Below, piece by piece: positions 54,860 to 64,000 of a stretch of DNA of 64,000 nucleotides; position 1 is the first letter of the stretch; each line of letters begins with the position of its first letter. The stretch is taken from the NCBI GenBank assembly GCA_031553655.1, contig JAVBLG010000032.1, positions 115 to 64,114 on the forward strand, read 5' to 3'. Both the position numbers and the translations under genes were made by a program. The DNA is from Desulfovibrionaceae bacterium. Lineage in GTDB: Bacteria; Desulfobacterota; Desulfovibrionia; Desulfovibrionales; Desulfovibrionaceae. The notes beneath the pieces were generated by a model. That model did no database searches, had not been told where the DNA came from, and was given only the letters and a program-made list of their open reading frames with translations.

Positions 54860-57292
54860 ATGAAAAAAACAACACGCCTGCGTCTGAACATTGCCGGGCG
54901 GGTGCAGGGGGTGGGGTTTCGCCCCTTTGTATATCGTCTGGCCTTTGACGGCGAGCTCACCGGGCTGGTGGGTAATTCCAGCGCCGGGGTTGTGGTGGAA
55001 GCGCAGGGTGACGCGGAAAAGGTGGAAGTTTTTTTGGCGAGCCTGCAAAACGATTTGCCTCCTCTGGCCGAAATTACCACCTTGCGCGTGGAAGAAATTC
55101 CCGTCCTTGAAGGCGAAAGCGGCTTTTCCATAGCCGCCAGCGAAGGGGGGGGAGGGCACAATGTGCTGATCAGCCCGGATGTGGCCGTTTGCGCGGACTG
55201 TTTGGCCGATATGGCCGACACCAAAGGGCGGCGGCATGATTATGCTTTTACCAATTGCACTAATTGCGGCCCGCGTTTCACCATAACCAAGTCCATACCA
55301 TATGATCGGGCGGTCACCTCAATGGCCTGTTTTGAAATGTGCCCGGCCTGTCTGGCCGAATACCGCGATCCGCTCAACCGGCGTTTTCACGCTCAACCCA
55401 ATGCCTGCCCGGTGTGCGGGCCGGGGCTGCTGTTTGTCGGGCCGGAAAGCGTGTCCGATTTTTGTACCAGGAGCTGTCTCCAAATAGAGGATTTTGATTC
55501 AAGAGCAATGGAATCAGCCGTGGAGGCCCTGGCTGCCGGAAAAATTCTGGCCGTGAAAGGGCTGGGAGGCTTTCATCTGGCTTGCGACGCCTTTGACGAG
55601 GCGGCTGTGGCTGAGTTGCGGCGGCGCAAAAATCGCCCGCACAAGCCCTTGGCTGTGATGGTAAAAGATATGGAAACGGCTCGGAGCATTGCCTTGATTG
55701 ATGCGCGGGCTGAACATTGGCTGACTTCCCGGCAGGCGCCCATTACGCTTTGCCCGGTAAGAGACGGCGGCCTTCCTTACGCCATTTCACCCGATTCGCG
55801 CCTGGTGGGCCTGATGCTGCCCTATACTCCGCTGCATCATGTTCTTTTGGGGTTTTTTGCCGAAAGTGTTGGGGCGGATCGCCCGGCGGCCTTGGTGATG
55901 ACCTCGGGCAATGCCGGGGGCGATCCTATATGTCTTGGCAATCGCGAAGCCCTGGATCGTCTGGGGGATCTGGCCGACGCCTTTTTACTGCACAACCGCG
56001 ACATACTCACGCGCATTGACGATTCCGTGGTAATGCCTTCTTCTTCTTCTTCTTCTTCTTCTTCTTCTGATACCACGGGCGAGCCGGACATTTTTTATCG
56101 CCGAGCGCGGGGGTATGTGCCGGGGCCGATTAGAATTGCAAACGAGAAAGCGCGCCTGCCTTCAATTATGGGGCTGGGAGCCGAGTTGAAAGCAACAATA
56201 TGCCTTAATCGCGGCAACGAAGCTTTTGTGAGCCAACATACAGGCGATTTGCAAAATGCCGCCGTATACGGTTTTTATCGCGAGGCTGCTGATTATCTTT
56301 CCATGCTGCTGCAAACCCGGCCGGAAATCTGTGTGTGCGATTCGCACCCCGACTATCTTTCTACCAGGTATGCTGAAGAGAGTGGTTTGCCGGTGCTGCG
56401 CTTGCAACACCACTTCGCTCATGCCTTTAGCGTTCTTGGAGAGAATTGGGGAATTGTATTTGGTGAAGGTATGCCCGCGCGGCTCGAGAACCGTCCGGCC
56501 CTGGTGCTGGCCCTGGACGGTACCGGCCTTGGCGACGACGGCACCATCTGGGGTGGCGAACTGCTGATGATAAACCCGGCCACTCTGGAAATGCGGCGCA
56601 TGGGGCGGCTTTCTCTTTTTGACCTGCCTGGCGGCGAAGCGGCTATACGCGAACCCTGGCGCATTGCCGAGGGACTGCTGGCTGGAATTGGAGAAGAAGC
56701 GCTGATGGCCGCGAGAGGACAAATCATACGGCAAATGGTTGCGCGGGGCGTCAATTGCCCTAAAACTTCCAGCTGCGGCAGACTTTTTGACGCGGTGTCG
56801 GCTCTGCTGGGCCTGTGCGATGAAATTACTTATGAAGGGCAGGCGGCCATAAGGCTTGAGAATTGCGCCTGTGCGGTTGCCGCACCCGCGTCAGGAGGGC
56901 TGACTGGCGGCGTCATTAAAAATATTTTTGTCGATATTTCGCCATATGAAGTGCGATTGCGCGAAAATGGCTCCCTGTTGGAACTTTCCAGCCAGGACCT
57001 GTTCGCGGCTGTATTGGAAGACCTGCGCGTGGGCACGCCGGTTCCGCTTGTGGCCGCTCGCTTTCATTTGAGCCTGGCGCGAGGCTTCGCGGCCATGGCC
57101 GCAAGTCGCGCCAAAGCTTGCGGGGCTGAAGTGGTGGGGCTTTCCGGCGGAGTAATGCAAAATGCAACGCTTTTGCGTCTGTTGATGGCCGAGCTTGAGG
57201 GCGCGGGCCTCATCCCGTTGACACACAAAGTTCTTCCGCCCAATGACGGCTGCATAAGTTTCGGGCAGGTATGTTATGGTTTGCTCCGGTAG
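54860..57292 (+). CDS. hypF: [NiFe]-hydrogenase maturation carbamoyltransferase HypF
   Basis: Acylphosphatase-like N-terminus (GRVQGVGFRPFVYRLA), two CxxC zinc-finger pairs (CADC...CTNCGPRF; CPAC...CPVCGP), a YrdC-like domain and a Kae1-like domain. Confidence 0.95.
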   Translation: MKKTTRLRLNIAGRVQGVGFRPFVYRLAFDGELTGLVGNSSAGVVVEAQGDAEKVEVFLASLQNDLPPLAEITTLRVEEIPVLEGESGFSIAASEGGGGHNVLISPDVAVCADCLADMADTKGRRHDYAFTNCTNCGPRFTITKSIPYDRAVTSMACFEMCPACLAEYRDPLNRRFHAQPNACPVCGPGLLFVGPESVSDFCTRSCLQIEDFDSRAMESAVEALAAGKILAVKGLGGFHLACDAFDEAAVAELRRRKNRPHKPLAVMVKDMETARSIALIDARAEHWLTSRQAPITLCPVRDGGLPYAISPDSRLVGLMLPYTPLHHVLLGFFAESVGADRPAALVMTSGNAGGDPICLGNREALDRLGDLADAFLLHNRDILTRIDDSVVMPSSSSSSSSSSDTTGEPDIFYRRARGYVPGPIRIANEKARLPSIMGLGAELKATICLNRGNEAFVSQHTGDLQNAAVYGFYREAADYLSMLLQTRPEICVCDSHPDYLSTRYAEESGLPVLRLQHHFAHAFSVLGENWGIVFGEGMPARLENRPALVLALDGTGLGDDGTIWGGELLMINPATLEMRRMGRLSLFDLPGGEAAIREPWRIAEGLLAGIGEEALMAARGQIIRQMVARGVNCPKTSSCGRLFDAVSALLGLCDEITYEGQAAIRLENCACAVAAPASGGLTGGVIKNIFVDISPYEVRLRENGSLLELSSQDLFAAVLEDLRVGTPVPLVAARFHLSLARGFAAMAASRAKACGAEVVGLSGGVMQNATLLRLLMAELEGAGLIPLTHKVLPPNDGCISFGQVCYGLLR
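56039..56068 (+). repeat. (TCT)10 trinucleotide microsatellite encoding Ser10 inside hypF
   Basis: Ten perfect in-frame TCT codons, counted directly from the sequence. Confidence 0.95.
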
Positions 57293-58142
57293 AATGCGCG
57301 ATTCCAAAACTTCTGTTTTTGATTTCCAACTGGCCGACGGCCGTATTTTGTCGTGTTTGTTCGAACTTTCCGCCCGCGCCAAACGGGTGCTGTTGAAATA
57401 TTCACCGGAACGGGGATTGCGCATGGCTTGGCCCGAAACGCGAAAACCTGATGACGGGGAAGTATTGACCATTCTGGAGCGCTTGCGGCCATGGATTGAA
57501 AATCAGGTGGCCAAGGCGCAAAAGCGCGCGGAAGAAAGTGGCGCGAACGGGCTGGGCGACTCCGGCTGCCGGAGTAGCAAAAACGGAAAGAACAAGCTGC
57601 CGGACAGCATTCATTTAGTTGCTGTAGGTGAAGTTTGGCCGGTAGTTTATGAAATTGTCAAGACGGATAAAATTACGCTTGAGGTTCGCAAGGCTAATTT
57701 GGAACTTGCCGGCAAATCAGCCTATAAGCCGCGCGAAGACCACTTGGCTGTGCGCGGCCCTGACCAGCAATTTTTTCCGCACATTCTCCAACAATGGCTG
57801 TTGCGTGTGGCTAAACATCATCTTCCGGTTGAAACTGTCCGCCTGGCCGCGCAATACGGTTTTAAAATCAACAGGGTTACGGTAAAGCGCCAGAAAACCC
57901 GTTGGGGCAGTTGCAGCGGCAAGAGCAATATCAACCTCAACTACAGGCTTATGCTGCTTCGCCCCGATCTGGTGCGCCTTGTCATCATGCACGAGTTTTG
58001 CCATCTCAAGCATATGAACCACGGCGAGGAATTTTACCGCCTGCTGGCCTCATATTGCCCTGACTGGAAGGAGCTGAACAAGGAACTGCGCCGCGCCGAA
58101 CGGGCGCTTCCGGCGTGGAGCATGGATGAGCCGGATGCATAA
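57276..58142 (+). CDS. M48-family/DUF45 (YgjP-like) zinc metallohydrolase
   Basis: C-terminal MHEFCHLKHMNHGEEF HExxH motif context typical of DUF45. The start (ATG 57276 or 57294) overlaps or abuts the hypF end. Confidence 0.78.
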   Translation: MVCSGRMRDSKTSVFDFQLADGRILSCLFELSARAKRVLLKYSPERGLRMAWPETRKPDDGEVLTILERLRPWIENQVAKAQKRAEESGANGLGDSGCRSSKNGKNKLPDSIHLVAVGEVWPVVYEIVKTDKITLEVRKANLELAGKSAYKPREDHLAVRGPDQQFFPHILQQWLLRVAKHHLPVETVRLAAQYGFKINRVTVKRQKTRWGSCSGKSNINLNYRLMLLRPDLVRLVIMHEFCHLKHMNHGEEFYRLLASYCPDWKELNKELRRAERALPAWSMDEPDA

Positions 58143-58194
58143 AAGCTCCTCCGCGGCTTTGGGGCGCGCGTGAATAGTGAAAATATTTGCATTG

Positions 58195-58689
58195 TCAAGT
58201 CTGGCACGAGTGGCTGGACTGCGGTTGCGACGGAAGCGCCCAGGGCAATATTTCCGCGCCGCCCGCCGCTTCCCACCCCAGGCAGGCCAGCCAGACGTGG
58301 CGCGGTATGGGCTTTTGCGCCGTGCGATAGTAAGAAATCATACGGCGGCTGAGTCCCAGCGCCTTTGCCGCCGTGCTAAGGGAAAGGGCATTGCGGCGCA
58401 TCCATTCGCCAAACATTTCGTGGCTTGTCTGTCCGTTTTGTTCCTTGGCCCAGGCGTAAATATTGTCCGCGCCAAATTCTGAATCGAACCATTCCACGCT
58501 GCTGCCCCATTCGCCAATATGAACCATAGCGAAGGCGTCCGGCTCCAAAATAGGAGTAAGGGCCGGGTGGGAACGTAGTGCTGACTCCAAATCCACAATC
58601 AAAATTTCACCAGTATTCCAGCGAGTACTGATGCGGTAAGGAGCCATGGCCTCCACCACCAATAGTTCGGGAAAGAAAAACTTGCTCAT
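58195..58689 (-). CDS. DUF2442-like domain fused to a C-terminal XRE-type HTH (putative antitoxin/regulator)
   Basis: N-terminal pattern VVEAMAPYRISTRWNTGEILIVDL...WGSSVEW resembles DUF2442. C-terminal LSLSTAAKALGLSRRMISYY is an HTH. ATGA overlap with the stop of the upstream DUF4160 gene. Confidence 0.6.
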   Translation of the reverse strand: MSKFFFPELLVVEAMAPYRISTRWNTGEILIVDLESALRSHPALTPILEPDAFAMVHIGEWGSSVEWFDSEFGADNIYAWAKEQNGQTSHEMFGEWMRRNALSLSTAAKALGLSRRMISYYRTAQKPIPRHVWLACLGWEAAGGAEILPWALPSQPQSSHSCQT

Positions 58690-58913
58690 TGCTGAAGCCT
58701 CACCCATTCTTCCAACAGAGTCTCCCGGCGCGTTCGCATCCAGCTTAACACTTCTGTCAGCTTGTGCGCCGATATGTTGCCGGTTACAGCCAAATTTTTA
58801 ATTTCGATCAGTGCTTCACTTCGATCCGCCATAAGCACATGCACATGTGGGGGCGCATTATCGCGGTACCTGGTTTCCAGCTTGCAGAAGGTGAACTTGG
58901 CAATAGTTGGCAT
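58686..58913 (-). CDS. DUF4160-family small protein (putative toxin-like partner)
   Basis: MPTIAKF...RYRDNAPPHVHVLMADRSEALIEI matches the DUF4160 pattern (PPH.H) as I recall it. 75 aa from ATG 58913. Confidence 0.62.
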   Translation of the reverse strand: MPTIAKFTFCKLETRYRDNAPPHVHVLMADRSEALIEIKNLAVTGNISAHKLTEVLSWMRTRRETLLEEWVRLQQ

Positions 58914-58946
58914 AAGTGAAAGATAGAGCAATAGTTGCTCCAGGTC

Positions 58947-59005
58947 AAGGGTATGAAAGCGTCAGATGCAAGAGGCAACCTTTCATCGGACGCTTTCATA
59001 CCCTT
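58947..59005. repeat. Long inverted repeat (17 bp perfect, 22 bp with one mismatch) spanning the cfa stop codon
   Basis: AAGGGTATGAAAGCGTC (58947-58963) is the exact reverse complement of GACGCTTTCATACCCTT (58989-59005). Confidence 0.85.
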
Positions 59006-60098
59006 CGGTCACGCCATGGGGCGAAAGCACTATCTGCCAGGTATACATGTTGCGGCTGCGAAAAGCGCCCGCGCAACTTCGCAGGTAATAGGCGAACATG
59101 CGTCTGAAACGCTCGCCGCATTGGAAGCGCTCTTCACGATAGCCTCTTTCGAAGTTGCCGTGCCAGGCTATGGCGGTTTTGTCGTAGTCGAGGCCGAAGT
59201 TGTGCCAGTCTTCCAGCACGAATTTTCCGGCCGCGCTTTCGGTTATTTGTCTGGCCGACGGCAGCAGGGAGTTGGGAAAAATATATTTTTCCAGCCAGGG
59301 GTCGGAACCGTAATTTTTTCCGCCCAGCCCGCCGATGGTGTGCAGCAGAAAAATACCTTCCGGCTTCAGGCAGTTTTTTACCGTGTTGAAAAAAATTTCA
59401 TAATTGCGCGGTCCCACATGCTCGAACATGCCCACCGACACCACGCGATCCCACTTGCCTGACAGTGCGCGGTAATCCCGCAATTCGTATTTTACCGGGA
59501 GATCTCCCGCATTTTCGCGGGCTTGGTTCACTTGATCCGTGGACACGCTTATGCCGGTAACGCTTACCCCGGAGCGTTCGGCCAGGTAGCGAGCCAGGCC
59601 ACCCCAGCCACAGCCTATATCCAGCACGCGCATACCCGGCTCAAGCTTGAGCTTTTTACGGATAAGTTCCATTTTCGCCAGTTGCGCGTCATTAAGATTG
59701 TCGGATTCTTTCCAATAACCGCAACTATATTGCATGTAGGGATCGAGCATGGCCTTGAAGACAGCCTGATCCGCATTGTAATGACGTTCGGCCACAATGG
59801 GAGCGCGGGCCGCGCCCTGCAGGTTGATCATGCTCATAACGGCCCGGTGCAGCACGGAGTATATATTTTTGCGTAATTTATATTCCAGATGCGCCTGCAA
59901 GGCTTTGTTGACCATTTCATCAATGCGCTCGCAATCCCACCATCCCAGCATGTAAGATTCGCCAAGACCGAGAGTGCCTTTACGCATAATCAGGTCGCAG
60001 GCCCGCTCGTCGTTAAGGCGCATATCCCACGGCCGGTCACCGTTGAGGCGGATGTCGGCCTTTTGCGCCATATTTTTTAAAATGTTTTTGGCTTTCAT
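58983..60098 (-). CDS. cfa: Cyclopropane-fatty-acyl-phospholipid synthase
   Basis: VLDIGCGWGGLARYLAE SAM motif, HYNADQAVFKAMLDPYMQYSCGYW, and FEHVGPRNY. Confidence 0.9.
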   Translation of the reverse strand: MKAKNILKNMAQKADIRLNGDRPWDMRLNDERACDLIMRKGTLGLGESYMLGWWDCERIDEMVNKALQAHLEYKLRKNIYSVLHRAVMSMINLQGAARAPIVAERHYNADQAVFKAMLDPYMQYSCGYWKESDNLNDAQLAKMELIRKKLKLEPGMRVLDIGCGWGGLARYLAERSGVSVTGISVSTDQVNQARENAGDLPVKYELRDYRALSGKWDRVVSVGMFEHVGPRNYEIFFNTVKNCLKPEGIFLLHTIGGLGGKNYGSDPWLEKYIFPNSLLPSARQITESAAGKFVLEDWHNFGLDYDKTAIAWHGNFERGYREERFQCGERFRRMFAYYLRSCAGAFRSRNMYTWQIVLSPHGVTEGYESVR

Positions 60099-60190
60099 TT
60101 TATACCCCTTCGTTGAGCCATAAAAATAAAAAAGGCGCTATCCAATGGATAACGCCAAGGTTAATGCGAGGTAAAATTAGCAGGCAATTA

Positions 60191-61501
60191 TTACAGACAG
60201 TCCTTTATTCTCTCCAGCCCTTCTCTGGTGTCCACCGGGTCTCCAAAGCCGGTGAGCCGGAAATAGCCTTCGCCACTGGGGCCGAAGCCCGCTCCTGGTG
60301 TTCCCACCACCCCGGCCTTGCGCAGCAGCATGTCGAAAAAGCTCCAGGAGTCCATGTCCTCAGGGGTTTTCAGCCATACATAGGGCGCGTTTATGTCGCC
60401 GTTGTTGCCGTTTGTTTTTGCGTAGTTGCCTTTAACTGTTGTCCCAAGCTCATTCTGAGGCCGGCCGCGTTTTTCTCCCCCGGCAACAGTGAAGCCGAGA
60501 TTGATAAATGTATCGCGTATCAGTTTGGCATTGTCCAGATACCCTTGCAGAACAGCCTTTATTTCGGCCTGGCCTTGAGCGGTGTGGGTGGCGGCTGCGG
60601 CACGCTGAACTATGTAGGGGCAACCGTTATATTTGGTGGTCTGGCGGCGCAACCACAGATCGCGTAGCGCTGTTTCGCGACCGTCCGGGGTTATGCCGCG
60701 CACGCTTTTGGGCACCACGGTAAATCCGCAGCGCAACCCGGTGAACCCGGCTGTTTTGGAATAGCTGCGAAATTCAACGGCCACTTCCCTGGCCCCTTCT
60801 ATTTCATAGATGCTGTGCGGAATATGCGGGCTGGTGATGAAAGCCTCGTAAGCCGCGTCAAAAAAGATCACAGCCTTGTTTTGTTGGGCGTATTCCACCC
60901 ATTGGGCCAGTTGCTCTCTGGTGAGTACAGTGCCGGTGGGATTGTTGGGGTAGCATAAATATATAAGGTTGGGTTTGCCTGTGTGCGCATCGGGCAGGGC
61001 GGGCACAAAGCCGTTTTCCGCTGTGCAGGGCAGATAGATTATACGGTCGAAGCTTTCTCCGACGTATTTCCCGCCGCGTCCGGCCATGACATTGGAGTCC
61101 ACATAAACCGGATACACCGGGTCGGTCACGGCCACGCGGCTGTTTGTGGAGAACAATTCCTGAAAATTGCCGAGATCGCACTTGGCCCCGTCGCTGATAA
61201 AAATTTCGTCGATTTCAATGCCAAGCCCGGTGTAGGCCGATTCGACTACGGCTTCGCGCAGGAAGTCGTAGCCTTGTTCCGGCCCGTAGCCGCGAAAGCC
61301 TCTTTTGGAACCCTGTTCGGCTACGGCTTCGTGCAGAGCGGCCAACACGGAAGGCGTTAATGGGCTGGTAACGTCGCCTATGCCCAGACGGATCAATTTT
61401 TTTGCGGGATTGGCGGCCGTGTAAGCGGCCACGCGCGCGGCCACCTCGGAAAATAGGTAGCTTCCGGGCAGATCGAGATAGTTGGCATTAATTTGAGCCA
61501 T
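60191..61501 (-). CDS. dapL: LL-diaminopimelate aminotransferase
   Basis: [29 protein letters not shown].., [14 protein letters not shown] (PLP Lys). DapL-type class I aminotransferase adjacent to dapF. Confidence 0.88.
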   Translation of the reverse strand: MAQINANYLDLPGSYLFSEVAARVAAYTAANPAKKLIRLGIGDVTSPLTPSVLAALHEAVAEQGSKRGFRGYGPEQGYDFLREAVVESAYTGLGIEIDEIFISDGAKCDLGNFQELFSTNSRVAVTDPVYPVYVDSNVMAGRGGKYVGESFDRIIYLPCTAENGFVPALPDAHTGKPNLIYLCYPNNPTGTVLTREQLAQWVEYAQQNKAVIFFDAAYEAFITSPHIPHSIYEIEGAREVAVEFRSYSKTAGFTGLRCGFTVVPKSVRGITPDGRETALRDLWLRRQTTKYNGCPYIVQRAAAATHTAQGQAEIKAVLQGYLDNAKLIRDTFINLGFTVAGGEKRGRPQNELGTTVKGNYAKTNGNNGDINAPYVWLKTPEDMDSWSFFDMLLRKAGVVGTPGAGFGPSGEGYFRLTGFGDPVDTREGLERIKDCL

Positions 61502-62363
61502 AAAAGTATTCTCCCTTGAAAACGGTCGCGGCCGGGCCGGTCATGTAGATTTTGCCGTAGGTGTGCCATTCGATATCCAGTTCGCCGCCGCGCAGCATAA
61601 TTACGGCGGAACGTTCCGCAAGGCCCATGCGGTTACAGGCGGCCAATGTGGCGCAGGCTCCGGTGCCGCAAGCCATGGTTTCGCCTGATCCACGCTCCCA
61701 TACGCGCATTTTTATGCGGCCCGGTTCCAGAATCTGCGCGAATTCCGTATTTATGCGCCGTGGAAAAAGCGGATGATGCTCGAAAAGCGGCCCGATGGCG
61801 GCCAGATCCAGCGCTGCGACATCAGGCACTGGCACCACCAGATGAGGGTTGCCCATGGATACCGCTGTGGCAACAAATTTTTGTCCGGCCACTGTTATTT
61901 CCCGATTGATAAAGTTTTCTTCGGGCACAGACACAGGTATTTCGACCGCCTCGAATACCGGTTCGCCCATGTCCACGCGCACTCGCGAAACCCGGCCGTT
62001 TTCCGTAAAAAGCTTTAGGCAGCGTATTCCAGCCAGGGTTTCCAGCGTAAATTCTATATGTTGCAAATATCCGGCATCAAAGAGATATTGGGCCACGCAA
62101 CGGCTGGCATTGCCGCACATTTCCGCTTCGGAGCCGTCGGCGTTAAAAATACGCATCCTGAAATCAGCCTTGGACGAAGCTCCGATCAGCACCAACCCGT
62201 CCGCGCCGATACCGAAGTGGCGGTCGCTGACTTTTATAGCCAAACGGGCGGGGTCGGGCACGGGCCGCGCGAATTCTTCCATATATACATAATCGTTGCC
62301 TAATCCCTGCATCTTGGTGAAGGGGAGGGTAGCGTTTTTACTGATTGGTGTTGCGGTGTTCAT
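61488..62363 (-). CDS. dapF: Diaminopimelate epimerase
   Basis: [29 protein letters not shown] and ACGTGACA catalytic Cys motifs. ATG 62363 preferred over the ORF-track start at 62480. Confidence 0.9.
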   Translation of the reverse strand: MNTATPISKNATLPFTKMQGLGNDYVYMEEFARPVPDPARLAIKVSDRHFGIGADGLVLIGASSKADFRMRIFNADGSEAEMCGNASRCVAQYLFDAGYLQHIEFTLETLAGIRCLKLFTENGRVSRVRVDMGEPVFEAVEIPVSVPEENFINREITVAGQKFVATAVSMGNPHLVVPVPDVAALDLAAIGPLFEHHPLFPRRINTEFAQILEPGRIKMRVWERGSGETMACGTGACATLAACNRMGLAERSAVIMLRGGELDIEWHTYGKIYMTGPAATVFKGEYFYGSN

Positions 62364-64000
62364 CAAAATTTCCTTTGTTTTCGCGTCCGTAATCCGAATA
62401 CACTTCTTCGGTAGCGGAAACGCTCTCCACATGTGCCCCTTCATTGGCTTTGAGCCGCTCAAGGGCGCGGCGGTATTCAATGGGCGTAATTTTCAAGAAA
62501 AGCGGCAGAGATGCCCGCCAGTCTTCCAATATAATTCTGGCCAACTCGCTTCCGGTATGGCGGTAGTGGCGGCTTAAAAGCGAGCGTAGCAGAACAACGT
62601 CTTCCTTGCGCCACACGCTTTCCAGATTCACTCCGTCCATATTGCATCTGTTGAGGAAAAGCTCGCTGCGATCATAAACATAGGCCTCGCCGCCGCTCAT
62701 TCCGGCGGCGAAATTGTACCCGGTCGGCCCAAGCACCACCACGATGCCGCCGGTCATGTATTCGCAGGCATGATCGCCCACGCCCTCAACAACGGCCGAA
62801 GCCCCACTGTTGCGCACGGCAAAGCGTTCTCCGGCCGAACCGGAAAAATAGGCTTCGCCGCTTATGGCTCCATAAAGGGCTACATTGCCGACGGCGGTAT
62901 GCCCGGCTTCCATCCCTCTGGCCGCGCCGCGCGGCGGAGCCACGGCCAGAACGCCGCCGGAAAGCCCCTTGCCCGCGTAATCATTGGCTTCGCCATTGAT
63001 ATGCAGGCGGATGCCGCGCATCAGAAAGGCCCCGGCGCTCTGTCCGGCCGTGCCGGTAAGGTCTATTTCAATACTGCCGGGCGTAAGCCCCCGTTCGCCG
63101 TGCAGACGGGCTATTTCGCCCGAAAGGCGGGCGCATATGGCCCTGTCGTCATTGTGGATCAGTGCGGCAAAGCGTGCCGTGCGCCCTTCACGCGCTGCTG
63201 GCAGCACCACTTCAAGCATGGCCCGATCCAAAGGGGAATCGGGCCTTGGCTCGCAGGGGCGCAGTCGCGGCGGGTAGAATGCGGCGGATTGTGCCGGAGC
63301 AGGGAGAAAGGAAGCTCCCTGCCCGCGCCGGTTGGGGACGTGGTAGAAATAAGCCAGCAATGGGGACAGGTCCAGCGAAGCGGATCTGTCGAGATTTATG
63401 TCCGAAAGCGTTTTTTGACTTGGGGCCGTATCGGCTTGGCCACTTTGCGCCGCGCGTAAAAGATCGGCGCGGCCCACAAGCTCTTTCACGCTCCGCAGGC
63501 CAAGGGCGGCCATATATTCGCGCAAATCACGGGCCATAAAGCGCAGATAGCGTTCCACATGTTCGGGCTTGCCTCCAAAGCGCTCCCGCAGTTCCGGATC
63601 TTGCGCGGCCACGCCCGCTGGACAGGTGCCTTTGTGGCAGATGCGCAGCATGCAGCAACCCAGAGCCACCAACAGGCCGGTGCCGAAGCCGAATTCTTCC
63701 GCACCCAGCATGGCGGCTACGGCCAGATCGCGTCCAGTGCGCAATTGTCCGTCGGTTTGCAGAATTATACGTTCGCGCAGTCCGTTGGCCGTGAGCGTTT
63801 GATGAACTTCGGCCAGGCCCAGTTCCCAGGGCAGGCCTACATGGCTTATGGCCGTGCGCGGCGAGGCTCCGGTTCCGCCGTCATGCCCGGAAATGAGAAT
63901 TATATCGGCCCCGGCCTTGACTACGCCGCTGGCCACGGCCCCCACACCCGGCCCGGCCACCAGTTTTACAGACACCTTGGCCAAAGGATTGAGGTTTTTC
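62338..64000 (-). CDS. Glutamate synthase large-subunit-like protein (FMN/TIM-barrel end plus C-terminal GXGXG domain), N-terminus outside window
   Basis: ISGHDGGTGASP...GLPWELGLAEVHQTL...CHKGTCPAGVAAQDPELR, then GTAGQSAGAF...GEANDYAGKGLSGG. The frame is open to the window edge. Confidence 0.85.
   Translation of the reverse strand, partial: KNLNPLAKVSVKLVAGPGVGAVASGVVKAGADIILISGHDGGTGASPRTAISHVGLPWELGLAEVHQTLTANGLRERIILQTDGQLRTGRDLAVAAMLGAEEFGFGTGLLVALGCCMLRICHKGTCPAGVAAQDPELRERFGGKPEHVERYLRFMARDLREYMAALGLRSVKELVGRADLLRAAQSGQADTAPSQKTLSDINLDRSASLDLSPLLAYFYHVPNRRGQGASFLPAPAQSAAFYPPRLRPCEPRPDSPLDRAMLEVVLPAAREGRTARFAALIHNDDRAICARLSGEIARLHGERGLTPGSIEIDLTGTAGQSAGAFLMRGIRLHINGEANDYAGKGLSGGVLAVAPPRGAARGMEAGHTAVGNVALYGAISGEAYFSGSAGERFAVRNSGASAVVEGVGDHACEYMTGGIVVVLGPTGYNFAAGMSGGEAYVYDRSELFLNRCNMDGVNLESVWRKEDVVLLRSLLSRHYRHTGSELARIILEDWRASLPLFLKITPIEYRRALERLKANEGAHVESVSATEEVYSDYGRENKGNFDEHRNTNQ

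Noticed and set aside
54686-55237. N-terminal extension of the cupin-HTH ORF (373 aa in the track). Similar extensions occur at 14965-15186 (LysR), 17113-17241 (gcl), 18979-19038 (hyi), 21604-21654 (fliC), 62364-62480 (dapF) and 37611-37670 (rnr).
   Set aside because: In each case an internal ATG with a good SD gives the family-typical N-terminus and length. The extensions run into neighbouring genes, repeats or promoters.
58202-58217. A TGGCACgagtgGCTGG motif.
   Set aside because: It has no TTGC -12 element and lies inside the 3' end of the DUF2442-HTH gene with no downstream plus-strand gene.

Overview
The window is 64 kb of chromosome from what looks like a Desulfovibrio-type (Desulfovibrionaceae) genome. 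I infer this from gene content: hypF, archaeal-type aro genes, LL-DAP aminotransferase and many sigma54/chemotaxis-type genes. Hand-counted lines in core genes give about 60% G+C.

Most of the window is core metabolism and housekeeping:
- groEL 3' end
- an EPS priming sugar transferase and a Wza-like exporter
- tRNA-Asp
- a trpE-trpGD-trpC-trpF-trpB-trpA operon
- a glyoxylate/glycerate cluster (iclR-hyi-glxR-gcl)
- flagellin
- an SbcD/SbcC-like (YhaO/YhaN-like) pair
- an MCP
- an aromatic operon (ADH synthase, DHQ synthase II, pheA, aroA, tyrA)
- rnr-murJ-rluA, prmA, trkAH
- a cupin-HTH / acyl-CoA synthetase / hybrid histidine kinase operon
- hypF, cfa, dapL-dapF and a glutamate-synthase-like gene running off the 3' edge

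Accessory content is small:
- A low-GC islet at about 43.8-46.8 kb carries a GT2 glycosyltransferase and an overlapping ABC-type ATPase + HNH-like pair. The pair is Septu/PtuAB-like, but the nuclease motif looks non-canonical. This is my best candidate for a defence-type system.
- A DUF4160 / DUF2442-HTH toxin-antitoxin-like cassette lies at 58.2-58.9 kb.

Non-coding highlights seen directly in the sequence:
- two leader-peptide attenuators: WW-G-F-W before trpE, and an F/Y/W-rich leader before the aro operon
- three dispersed copies of a 44-nt hairpin repeat whose invariant end is identical to the GTGGATTGAAAC tail that I recall from type I-C CRISPR repeats (solitary units, no array)
- a second 57-nt repeat family
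- a G5-N2-G5-N2-G5-N2-G5 quadruplex motif
- palindromic candidate IclR operators
- two sigma54-type promoters
- a (TCT)10 microsatellite inside hypF

I found no rRNA, CRISPR array, cas gene, transposase or integrase. All homology statements come from motif recognition by eye; no database search was run.
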